Shown piece by piece: positions 57,004 to 63,607 of a DNA stretch of 64,000 nucleotides; position 1 is the first letter of the stretch, and each line of letters begins with the position of its first letter. Position numbers and translations under genes: made by a program. The notes under the pieces were generated by a model. The model was not told the DNA's origin. It was given only the letters and a program-made list of their open reading frames with translations, and made no database searches. The stretch is from an uncultured Candidatus Saccharibacteria bacterium (GTDB lineage Bacteria > Patescibacteriota > Minisyncoccia > 2-02-FULL-40-12 > GWA2-44-9): NCBI GenBank assembly GCA_964356795.1, contig CAYHIK010000004.1, positions 2,743 to 66,742 of the forward strand, in the 5' to 3' direction.

Positions 57004-57414
57004 TTATTTGTATCCATATGTTTGTTTGTGTATTGATTTTGTAATCGCAAGGAATCGCTCCACGGATGCGGCGGCAAGCCTGATGCAGAGCAGGAGAAAT
57101 GCTATTGAGAACAACAATCCCGCAGCTATCATGCCCGGCATGGACTCGAACGTCGCGAATAGAAAACTTTGCCAGTATTTGATAACGATACTCGGATCAG
57201 AAAAGATGAGCGCTACAAACGGTCCAAAGCTAGACTCCGCCAGAACGTGTCGTACGCCTATGAATGCAAATATGGAAAGGACGCAAAATATCACCAAAAG
57301 AGTACTGAAAAACGTTAGATTCCCCCGCACCAATGCCAGCTCCTTTTCAAGCCCCAATCGTTGGATAATCCTTGAAAATAGGTCTTTCGGCTGATTATTG
57401 TTCTCGTCCTGCAT
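57004..57414 (-). CDS. Membrane protein, putative anti-sigma factor
   Basis: 136 aa, 3 TM; immediately downstream of the ECF sigma gene. Confidence 0.3.
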   Translation of the reverse strand: MQDENNNQPKDLFSRIIQRLGLEKELALVRGNLTFFSTLLVIFCVLSIFAFIGVRHVLAESSFGPFVALIFSDPSIVIKYWQSFLFATFESMPGMIAAGLLFSIAFLLLCIRLAAASVERFLAITKSIHKQTYGYK

Positions 57415-57461
57415 ATATACTTATACGAATACGGGGTGCACTTTGGTGCACCCCGTATAAG

Positions 57462-58010
57462 CTAGACGAGTTTCTTGAGGAGGGCGATTGCGCGCCTATA
57501 TCTGCTCTTGATTGTATTGAGTGGCTCATGGAGCCGGGCAGAAATCTCCCTGAAATTTAGTTCACCCTGGGTGTAGAGCTCTACAACGGAGCGATAATTC
57601 TTCGGAAGTTGAGCAACTGCGGTTGCCAATTCGCGATATTGTTGTTGCGCGAATATCTGATCTACAACGGATGGCGCCGTGTCGATGAGCGACTCGCTAA
57701 AATCTTCCTCGCCCCCTAACGCCGAAAATGGCAGAGCTTGTTTCTTCTTGAGCTCATCAATAGCTGTTCGCTGGGCAATTGTGAAAATCCACGTTCGAAA
57801 AGATTTGGCCCGATCAAACTTGGTGAGGTTTTTCCAAACTTTAACAAACACCTCTTGTGTTATATCAGCGGCGACGCTTTGATTTCCGGTATATCGCTTC
57901 GTAAAACCGAATATGAGAGGCATATAGCGCCTCACGAGCTCTTCGAGAGCCTGCTCATGTTTTCCTTCTAGATACTGCCCAACCAGCTGTTCATCGGTAA
58001 AACTGTTCAT
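57462..58010 (-). CDS. RNA polymerase sigma-70 factor, ECF subfamily
   Basis: Region 2 ITQEVFVKVWKN...FRTWIFTIAQRTAID; region 4 NFREISARLHEPLNTIKSRYRRA. Confidence 0.8.
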   Translation of the reverse strand: MNSFTDEQLVGQYLEGKHEQALEELVRRYMPLIFGFTKRYTGNQSVAADITQEVFVKVWKNLTKFDRAKSFRTWIFTIAQRTAIDELKKKQALPFSALGGEEDFSESLIDTAPSVVDQIFAQQQYRELATAVAQLPKNYRSVVELYTQGELNFREISARLHEPLNTIKSRYRRAIALLKKLV

Positions 58011-58056
58011 ACGACAGCCATAGAGTAGCATAAAATACGGAAAATGACAGAGTTAG

Positions 58057-58086
58057 AAAAACCGCCCACATGGGCGGTTTTTCTGT
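58057..58086. terminator. Bidirectional hairpin terminator
   Basis: aaaaccgccca-catg-tgggcggttttt. Confidence 0.55.
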
Positions 58087-58089
58087 GTT

Positions 58090-58153
58090 AGCTGGGGCTC
58101 CTAGACGAAGTTAGAACTATACTACTGGGCGGAATGTCGTCGTTTGCATACCA
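58090..58153. repeat. Conserved about 60-nt cassette motif (copy 1 of 4)
   Basis: agctggggctcctagacgaagttagaactatactactgggcggaatgtcgtcgtttgcatacc; similar copies at 59299, 59992 and 60799. Confidence 0.5.
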
Positions 58154-58162
58154 TTTTGCATT

Positions 58163-58765
58163 CTAATCAGAAGCACTTTGCTTACACGAAAACTCCTCAA
58201 CTTCCGAGTTTCGTATCAAAATCGTCCGGTTGGTCGTAAAGCTGAGACCTTTGTTAGGTTGCGTTTCAAAACCTAGATAGATGCGCTCCACACCCTGACT
58301 GCGCAGTTCTCGTACTGCTGACTGAAGGTCGGAGTCGGAACTGGCAACGATTGCCATTGAGATTGCCTTCTGGCAAGCCAGAGTAATCATGTCAACGGCA
58401 ATACGAACATCTACACCCTTTTCCTTGAATGTGAGTGTCTCGTGGCCCTTGGGACACGTTTCCTTGTGTCCGCGAACATGGCCCGCAAGCACCACCTCAA
58501 ATCCCTGAGCCTCCAAATGTACCTTGAGCAAGCGCTGTTCTTCAATCAGTTCTTTGGACTTCTTTGTCGTCTCCTCGTGTACGGTCAGCTTCCCAAGATA
58601 AAATAGCTTCTTATCAACCGAGATACCGGCAAGCACCTTATTGAGGAGGCTGTTGAAGTCATATTCGGCAAAATCAACTTTCTTTTCTTTGACCCTTTCT
58701 GGGTTCAAAATGAAGCTCATTTTGCTCATCAGATTGCGACCATCAACAAAGAGAATGTTTGGCAT
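58163..58765 (-). CDS. NYN/LabA-like (PIN-fold) domain protein
   Basis: ILFVDGRNL N-terminal Asp motif; later acidic residues (D...D.D). Confidence 0.55.
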   Translation of the reverse strand: MPNILFVDGRNLMSKMSFILNPERVKEKKVDFAEYDFNSLLNKVLAGISVDKKLFYLGKLTVHEETTKKSKELIEEQRLLKVHLEAQGFEVVLAGHVRGHKETCPKGHETLTFKEKGVDVRIAVDMITLACQKAISMAIVASSDSDLQSAVRELRSQGVERIYLGFETQPNKGLSFTTNRTILIRNSEVEEFSCKQSASD

Positions 58766-58922
58766 AAATACGGAAACCCCAGCGGGCCTTGCGGCTGGCT
58801 GGGGCGTTGATGTTTCTATAGTACTCCTATAGGCCCTCGCCTGTCAACACCCCTATTTGAGGCCAATTCTGAACCTTTTTAGAACAATATCAACATCTGT
58901 CCCACCCTGCGTTTTACTATAT

Positions 58923-58960
58923 CAGAAAAAAGAAAGGCGGCCATTACTGGTCGCCTCATT
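58923..58960 (-). terminator. Rho-independent terminator (module shared with 51620-51655)
   Basis: cagaaaaaagaaaggcggccattactggtcgcc nearly matches cagaaaaaagaaaagcggccattgctggtcgc; the stems differ by compensating changes. Confidence 0.5.
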
Positions 58961-58973
58961 TCCTCTCTCCCTG

Positions 58974-59246
58974 TCACCACGAAAGCGGAATCTTGTACTG
59001 ACAGACGACGTGGGGATTGGGAAGAACATCGTCGAAGACGGCATTCGGTGGATGGGCCCAGATTACCTTCTGCTGTTCCCACCGAGCAGTTGCTTCGGCG
59101 ACGAGAACGGCCCACCTTGCCTTCGCCTCCTTGACCGCCCCTTCTTCCGTAGTGGCGCTCAGAAGAATCTGCACCGTTTCGATGTCGTGTACGTTCTCCA
59201 TCCAGTTCTTGGATGTGTACACGAGGTACCATTTTCCACTGTGCAT
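58974..59246 (-). CDS. Hypothetical protein (cassette gene)
   Basis: RBS GGAAGGTGG then ATG (MHSGKWYLVY); own promoter P2 and terminator. Confidence 0.35.
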   Translation of the reverse strand: MHSGKWYLVYTSKNWMENVHDIETVQILLSATTEEGAVKEAKARWAVLVAEATARWEQQKVIWAHPPNAVFDDVLPNPHVVCQYKIPLSW

Positions 59247-59268
59247 AACCACCTTCCCTACAAATATA

Positions 59269-59298
59269 AGCGTACCACATTATTGTGGCATCTGTCAA
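59269..59298 (-). promoter_or_regulatory. Promoter P2: TTGACA–18 bp–TACGCT with palindrome CCACATTATTGTGG in the spacer
   Basis: Read on the minus strand; positioned about 25 bp upstream of the RBS and ATG of gene 58974-59246. Confidence 0.5.
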
Positions 59299-59362
59299 GC
59301 TTGCTGGGGGTACTGGGCGAAGTTAGAACCGCATTGATAGTGGGCGCTTCGTCGTTTGCATT
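59299..59362. repeat. Conserved cassette motif (copy 2)
   Basis: gcttgctgggggtactgggcgaagttagaaccgcattgatagtgggcgcttcgtcgtttgcattgc; the stem gcgaag/cttcgtc covaries with gacgac/gtcgtc in copy 4. Confidence 0.5.
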
Positions 59363-59372
59363 GCAAGTATAG

Positions 59373-59415
59373 CAAAAAGCCAAATGAAAAGGGGCGAATC
59401 TTTCGATTGCCCCTT
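59373..59415 (-). terminator. Rho-independent terminator of gene 59441-59923
   Basis: Minus strand ggggcaatcgaaagattcgcccc followed by TTTTCATTTGGCTTTTTG. Confidence 0.55.
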
Positions 59416-59440
59416 CGGTGAACTGCTTCAAGATGTAGCG

Positions 59441-59923
59441 CTACAAGTCGATGATGTCTTCGTGGCCGTGCATCATCGCCATCGCCATCGCGCCGCTCTT
59501 CATCACGAGACCACCGAGGCCTCGCACCAACTCCCGCACTTCCCTTCCGGTCGCATCGTCGGGAATGGTGGTGCGCAGAGCGATGTCGCCGTATGGGTAG
59601 CCCAGCTCATCGCGAAGCCGTTGCTGCACCTCGGCCTCCGAAGAAGATGAGCTGATGATGTGTCGCGCAGCGACCTCGATTTCGACATCGGTCATCTCGT
59701 CATAGGACTTGTGCCGTGCCACGAGCTCTCCGAGCTGACCGATGAAATCGGCGTGCTTGGCACCAGCGATGACGGCTTCAGCAACCGACAGCGCCTTGCG
59801 CGGGTTCCGCTGGCCCACGAAGGGCATGGAGGGATTTCGACCCCTCGAGTGACACCACTTGGCGTGAGCCACGACTTCTTCGGCGGAACCTTGTGCATGC
59901 TGGGAAAGGGCGTACTTCTTCAC
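59441..59923 (-). CDS. Hypothetical protein (cassette gene), GTG start
   Basis: RBS AAAGGAGG, 6 nt, GTG; 160 aa, no motif. Confidence 0.35.
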   Translation of the reverse strand: MKKYALSQHAQGSAEEVVAHAKWCHSRGRNPSMPFVGQRNPRKALSVAEAVIAGAKHADFIGQLGELVARHKSYDEMTDVEIEVAARHIISSSSSEAEVQQRLRDELGYPYGDIALRTTIPDDATGREVRELVRGLGGLVMKSGAMAMAMMHGHEDIIDL

Positions 59924-59960
59924 GTGTGACCTCCTTTTCCTGCAAAATCAGGATAGTCTA

Positions 59961-59990
59961 ATTATACCATATTTCTATGGTATAAGTCAA
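59961..59990 (-). promoter_or_regulatory. Promoter P3: TTGACT–18 bp–TATAAT with palindrome TATACCATA-gaaa-TATGGTATA in the spacer
   Basis: Minus strand CTTGACTTATACCATAGAAATATGGTATAATTAGAC, then the RBS. Confidence 0.55.
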
Positions 59991-59991
59991 G

Positions 59992-60045
59992 TTAGCTGGC
60001 GCTCCTAGACGACATTAGAACTGCGCTACTCAATGAAGGGGCGAT
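59992..60045. repeat. Conserved cassette motif (copy 3, 3' half diverged)
   Basis: gttagctggcgctcctagacgacattagaactgcgctact... Confidence 0.4.
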
Positions 60046-60095
60046 ATTTGTACTTAGTATAGAAATCCCCCGCCGGTAAAAGCGGGGGTGTGGGA

Positions 60096-60527
60096 TTACG
60101 GAAAGATGGTCTCTCCATTCCACGGACAGTTGGGACACTCCTGCTTGTGGAGCGCCTCGATTTCGGAGAGGTGCGCTGCGATCTCCCTATCGAGGGTGAT
60201 ACATGCCTTGTTGTAGGCATTGCCCGCCTCGTTGTAGGCGGTGCGGGCCTTGTCGAAGGCGGTGTGGGCCTTGTCGAAGGCGGTGTGGGCCTCGTTAAAG
60301 ACGTCGCCTGCCTCGTTGTAGGCGGTGCGGGCCTTGTTGTAGGCGTCGCCTGCCTTCAGCACGGCTTCGGGCAATACACCCTTCACGGGCTGGAAGAGAC
60401 GGATGCGAAGCTCGCGCTCCTCCACGGCCTTCTGCGTGTTGATGTACGCGGCTCGTTCATCGTAACTGTCGCACCATTCGAGAAGTATGAGATGGTGCAC
60501 GTGCCAGAAGAGACCTCTCTGCTTCAT
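60096..60527 (-). CDS. Hypothetical protein; paralog of 44960-45391, containing 7 tandem heptad repeats
   Basis: RBS GGAGGT then ATG; the shared FWHVHH..LLEWC and CPNCPW motifs. Confidence 0.4.
   Translation of the reverse strand: MKQRGLFWHVHHLILLEWCDSYDERAAYINTQKAVEERELRIRLFQPVKGVLPEAVLKAGDAYNKARTAYNEAGDVFNEAHTAFDKAHTAFDKARTAYNEAGNAYNKACITLDREIAAHLSEIEALHKQECPNCPWNGETIFP
60210..60356. repeat. Seven tandem 21-bp repeats inside the CDS (encoding 7-aa A[YF][ND][EK]A[GRH][TDN] repeats)
   Basis: gttgtaggcggtgcgggcctt and variants repeated x7 head-to-tail. Confidence 0.8.
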
Positions 60528-60544
60528 GTGTTACCTCCGATGAG

Positions 60545-60574
60545 AGTATACCACTATATTGTGGTGCGTGTCAA
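60545..60574 (-). promoter_or_regulatory. Promoter P4: TTGACA–18 bp–TATACT with palindrome CCAC-aatatag-TGG in the spacer
   Basis: Minus strand CTTGACACGCACCACAATATAGTGGTATACTCTCATCGGAGGTAACAC-ATG. Confidence 0.5.
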
Positions 60575-60798
60575 GTTTGCTGCACATTCGGCCTACTGGC
60601 CTCAGTACTTCCTCGCTCGCGCTCGGTTGCGGGACTTGGATTCACCGTCGGTCAAGGCGTCGTCAGTCACTCCGCCTCGCCTCACGGCTCCGGCCCTCAC
60701 GGTATCATTTACTAATGATACATCGTTCCGGGCTTCGAATCCAAGCCCTCCATCAACCAGCGAATATAAAACACCCGAAGTGGGTGTTTTATATTCGT
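60571..60798. repeat. Repeat A (about 230 bp): conserved blocks, a 17-nt copy of the tRNA-Gln 3' end, a covarying hairpin and a palindromic terminator
   Basis: About 85-90% identical to 62291-62521 outside two variable hairpins; contains tgcgggacttggattc (the tRNA 3' end) and gaatataaaacacccgaagtgggtgttttatattc. Confidence 0.7.
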
Positions 60799-60862
60799 AG
60801 CTGGGGGTACTAGACGACGTTAGAACTATACTACTGGGCGGAATGTCGTCGTTTGCATACGT
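60799..60862. repeat. Conserved cassette motif (copy 4)
   Basis: agctgggggtactagacgacgttagaactatactactgggcggaatgtcgtcgtttgcatac. Confidence 0.5.
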
Positions 60863-60866
60863 TTTA

Positions 60867-60909
60867 GCATAAAAAAGACCCCGGACAGCGTTGTGTTGCT
60901 GCCGGGGCC
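60867..60909 (-). terminator. Rho-independent terminator of gene 60915-61706
   Basis: Minus strand ggccccggcagcaacacaacgctgtccggggtc followed by TTTTTTATGC. Confidence 0.55.
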
Positions 60910-60914
60910 GTGAC

Positions 60915-61706
60915 TTACTTCGGAGAGATAGACAGGAGTGCGGGATTGAGAACCCCACCCGACTCGTTGGCTTTTTCGCCCTCGTTTCCGAGCTGAGTCT
61001 TGACGTTGTGCCAGCGGCGAAGCTGTTCGCCGTACTTCCAGCACTGCGAGAGCATTGAGACGGCGCATCCGTACATGAAGCCCGTGATGCCCTCGAGGTC
61101 AGCCTCGGAAGATGCTGCGTCCGCAACATCTTCCAGTCTCTTCCCTTGAGCCATCTCGATCTGCATGAGACGCGCCCAACGTTCCGCGTAAGCGAGCACC
61201 GCGCTGCCGTAGCCGTCCTGGTTGCTTTCTCTGAACTTGAGCCAGCCGCGCCAGCCACTCGCGCTCTCAATTGCAAGGCCTGGATCGTTGAGCAGCTTGG
61301 CCTCGACGGCTTCGCGGTGGGCACGAGCCTTCTTCTCGTACTCCGCCCCTCGCCTCTGTCGCTTGCGCTCGTTCTCGGCTTCGATGCGAGCGTCGTTCGC
61401 CTTCTCTGTGTCTGTGAGAGCGGGCTTCGGATGGGGACCAACACTCTTGCCGATGTAGCCACTCAACGCTCGCGACCAGTCGCGGTAGATGAGCTCGGGA
61501 TTGGAGTCCTCGCGCACCGACACGACCACATCGTTGAACTCGAACTTGATGACCCGCTTCTTCTTCGCCGAGAGCGCGATTGCTTCGGCGATGGTCGGCC
61601 CGATACTTGAGCCGCACATCACGTCGTACACGCCACCCTTCTCTCGCCACAGATTCTCCACGTTCTCCTCCCTTTCTCTTTGCTTCTCAGAACTTGGTTG
61701 CCCCAT
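60915..61706 (-). CDS. Hypothetical protein; N-terminal domain paralogous to 51669-52037, basic coiled-coil middle
   Basis: Start set at MGQPSSEKQ (8 bp after the upstream stop); the longer ORF in the track overlaps the 61714-62229 gene. Confidence 0.4.
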   Translation of the reverse strand: MGQPSSEKQREREENVENLWREKGGVYDVMCGSSIGPTIAEAIALSAKKKRVIKFEFNDVVVSVREDSNPELIYRDWSRALSGYIGKSVGPHPKPALTDTEKANDARIEAENERKRQRRGAEYEKKARAHREAVEAKLLNDPGLAIESASGWRGWLKFRESNQDGYGSAVLAYAERWARLMQIEMAQGKRLEDVADAASSEADLEGITGFMYGCAVSMLSQCWKYGEQLRRWHNVKTQLGNEGEKANESGGVLNPALLSISPK

Positions 61707-61713
61707 CGTTGTG

Positions 61714-62229
61714 TCAGTTGACTGAGTGGTGGAGTCCCTCGACTCCGCTGACGAGCCCGTTGCCCGCACTGACTGCACTTGGGGCCCAGCCCTGCCTGAT
61801 GGTGGCGAGCCACTGTTCGTAGGTCGCGCCCATGTCTGCGAAGGCAGGAGCGTTGTTGTCGGCGAGCCAGCGAGCGAGAGCTTCCGGCGTCTCCATGACT
61901 GGAGAAATCGGCGTGCCCTCGGAGGTGGATTCGTACATCTGGTAGTGAGTGCGCTCCGCCTCCGGCCAATCCGGCATGGAGTCTTCCTTCTTAGGAATGG
62001 GGCCGTTCTCCTCTTCGAAGGTCCTACCGTCGGTCGAAGCGTCACGAGGCACGAAGCTGGGCGGTTGCGTTGCGTAGCTGAGCTCGTTACCCAGGGCCCA
62101 CTGACACGCTTCGATCTTGTAGGCTTCGAGCCTCTCCTTGAAGCTGTCGCTCAACAGCGGAATGAAGTAGCCCCTCGCGTCCCTGGGATGCTCCCAGTTC
62201 GCGGAAACTCTGCGAACTTCTCTGCTCAT
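61714..62229 (-). CDS. Hypothetical protein (cassette gene)
   Basis: RBS AGGAGG then ATG (MSREVRRV); 171 aa. Confidence 0.35.
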   Translation of the reverse strand: MSREVRRVSANWEHPRDARGYFIPLLSDSFKERLEAYKIEACQWALGNELSYATQPPSFVPRDASTDGRTFEEENGPIPKKEDSMPDWPEAERTHYQMYESTSEGTPISPVMETPEALARWLADNNAPAFADMGATYEQWLATIRQGWAPSAVSAGNGLVSGVEGLHHSVN

Positions 62230-62264
62230 CTCGACCTCCTTGTAGTGTCAAGAACTCAAACAAT

Positions 62265-62294
62265 AGCATACCACATTTATATGGAATAAGTCAA
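62265..62294 (-). promoter_or_regulatory. Promoter P5: TTGACT–18 bp–TATGCT with a partial palindrome CCATATAAATGTGG
   Basis: Minus strand CTTGACTTATTCCATATAAATGTGGTATGCT, about 30 bp upstream of the RBS. Confidence 0.5.
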
Positions 62295-62521
62295 GTTTGC
62301 TGCACATTCAGTCTGCTAGCCTCAGTACTTCCTCGCTCGCGCTCGGTCGCGGGGCTTGGATTCACCCGCCACTCTCGATGCCACCAGTCGTGGCATCTCG
62401 GTTCTGGGCTCCGGCCCTCACGGCCACATCAGCTGATGTGGCATCGTTCCGGGCTTCGAATCCAAGCCCTCCATCAAACAGCGAATATAAAACACCCGAA
62501 GTGGGTGTTTTATATTCGTAG
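62291..62521. repeat. Repeat B (about 230 bp), abutting the 3' end of tRNA-Gln
   Basis: See repeat A; contains gcggggcttggattcacc (tRNA 3'-end-like) and the covarying hairpin ccacatc-agc-tgatgtgg, where A has tatcatt-tact-aatgata. Confidence 0.7.
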
Positions 62522-62592
62522 CTGCGGGACTTGGATTCGAACCAAGATAGGCGGATCCAAAATCCGCAGTCCTACCATTAGACGACCCCGCA
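62522..62592 (-). tRNA. tRNA-Gln (anticodon UUG)
   Basis: Minus strand TGCGGGG-TC-GTCT-AATGGTA-GGAC-T-GCGGA-TTTTGGA-TCCGC-CTAT-CTTGG-TTCGAAT-CCAAG-TCCCGCA-G. U1:A72 as in bacterial tRNA-Gln; T-loop TTCGAAT; anticodon loop with U33 then UUG. Confidence 0.8.
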
Positions 62593-62713
62593 ATGTCCTA
62601 CCATTAGACCCGCCTCGACTTGACGTCTTCGGCGAGGCGGGCGATCCCGCAATGTGAAATACTAACGGGGAAATAATACAGGAAAAATAGGTTTATGTCG
62701 ACTTTTCGAAGAT

Positions 62714-63148
62714 GTGGTGTATCATGCGGGAGGCCACACAGAGGAGGCTTCGATGTCGAGTCCTACATGGGTGAAAACGTTCCTTGCATCAAGCGATCGA
62801 AAGGCGCATGAGTCGCACGAACTCCTCAACGAACTCGTGCGACTCAACACCATCACCATCGGCGACCTGTCGGTGACGTGCGTAGCCTGCTGGGAGGTTC
62901 ACCCGCTTCGCGAGTGGACGTTCATCCAGAACCGCTACTACGTCTACTCCACGGGATGCACGGGTGGCGACTACTGGGTTGACTGTAAAGTCGAGAGCTG
63001 TCACATTCAGTGCCCTTCGTGTCATGCGAAGAGCTATCTGTATAATCGCCACGACCGAGATGTGCTCGTCGCGCTTCTTTCGCGAAAAGATATTTCTCGA
63101 GAAAAGATTTTCGTGAATCCCATCATCATCACGGAGAACCGCAGTTGA
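62714..63148 (+). CDS. Cys/His-rich hypothetical protein
   Basis: 144 aa; CxxC...C...C.H.QCPSCH pattern suggests Zn binding; the start may lie at an internal Met. Confidence 0.3.
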   Translation: MVYHAGGHTEEASMSSPTWVKTFLASSDRKAHESHELLNELVRLNTITIGDLSVTCVACWEVHPLREWTFIQNRYYVYSTGCTGGDYWVDCKVESCHIQCPSCHAKSYLYNRHDRDVLVALLSRKDISREKIFVNPIIITENRS

Positions 63149-63184
63149 AGAATACTCACACCCCCGCCACGGCGGGGGCTTTTC

Positions 63185-63607
63185 TTACTTCCCTGTGGAG
63201 CCGAATCCACCGGAGCCTCGAATTGTGGATGAGAGTTTTTTGACCTCTTTGATGTGCGCTTGGTGCACACGCTGAATGAGCATCTGTGCGATTTTGTGCC
63301 CTACCTCCAGCGCAACTTTTTTGCGACCAAGATTCATGAGCGCAACCTTGATTTCACCTCGATAGCCGGCGTCGATGACGCCCCCCATGACTTTCAGTCC
63401 ATGCTTGCTGGCGAGTCCGCTTTTGTCCCAAATCAGTCCGACGCATCCCCTCGGAATCTCCATCGCCAGACCCGTGGCAATCAATGCCATGCGGCCCGCA
63501 GGGATGCTTACACGCTCGACGGTGCACATATCCATACCTGCGTCATGCTTCTGCGCGTACGACGGCACCTGCGCTGACGGATGAAGTTTCATAATTTTTA
63601 TATTCAT
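63185..63607 (-). CDS. dut: dUTP diphosphatase
   Basis: All five dUTPase motifs, including AGMD, RSGL, GVIDAGYRGEI and the C-terminal RGSGGFGSTG; start set at MNIKIMKL. Confidence 0.85.
   Translation of the reverse strand: MNIKIMKLHPSAQVPSYAQKHDAGMDMCTVERVSIPAGRMALIATGLAMEIPRGCVGLIWDKSGLASKHGLKVMGGVIDAGYRGEIKVALMNLGRKKVALEVGHKIAQMLIQRVHQAHIKEVKKLSSTIRGSGGFGSTGK

Noticed and set aside
60210-60356. Tandem 21-bp repeats considered as a possible CRISPR array or minisatellite
   Set aside because: The units are contiguous with no spacers, in-frame and inside a CDS, where they encode heptad repeats. It is not CRISPR.
58090-60862. Conserved cassette motifs considered as integron attC sites
   Set aside because: They contain an imperfect inverted repeat, but I found no GTTRRRY/RYYYAAC core sites at the ends, and no intI-like gene is present. 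The motifs fuse directly to the -35 element instead.
60799-60862. Cassette motif as a degenerate tRNA fragment (shares gtcgtcta/tagacgac with the tRNA-Gln 5' region)
   Set aside because: Only an 8-mer is shared and the order of the flanking elements differs. Coincidence is as likely.
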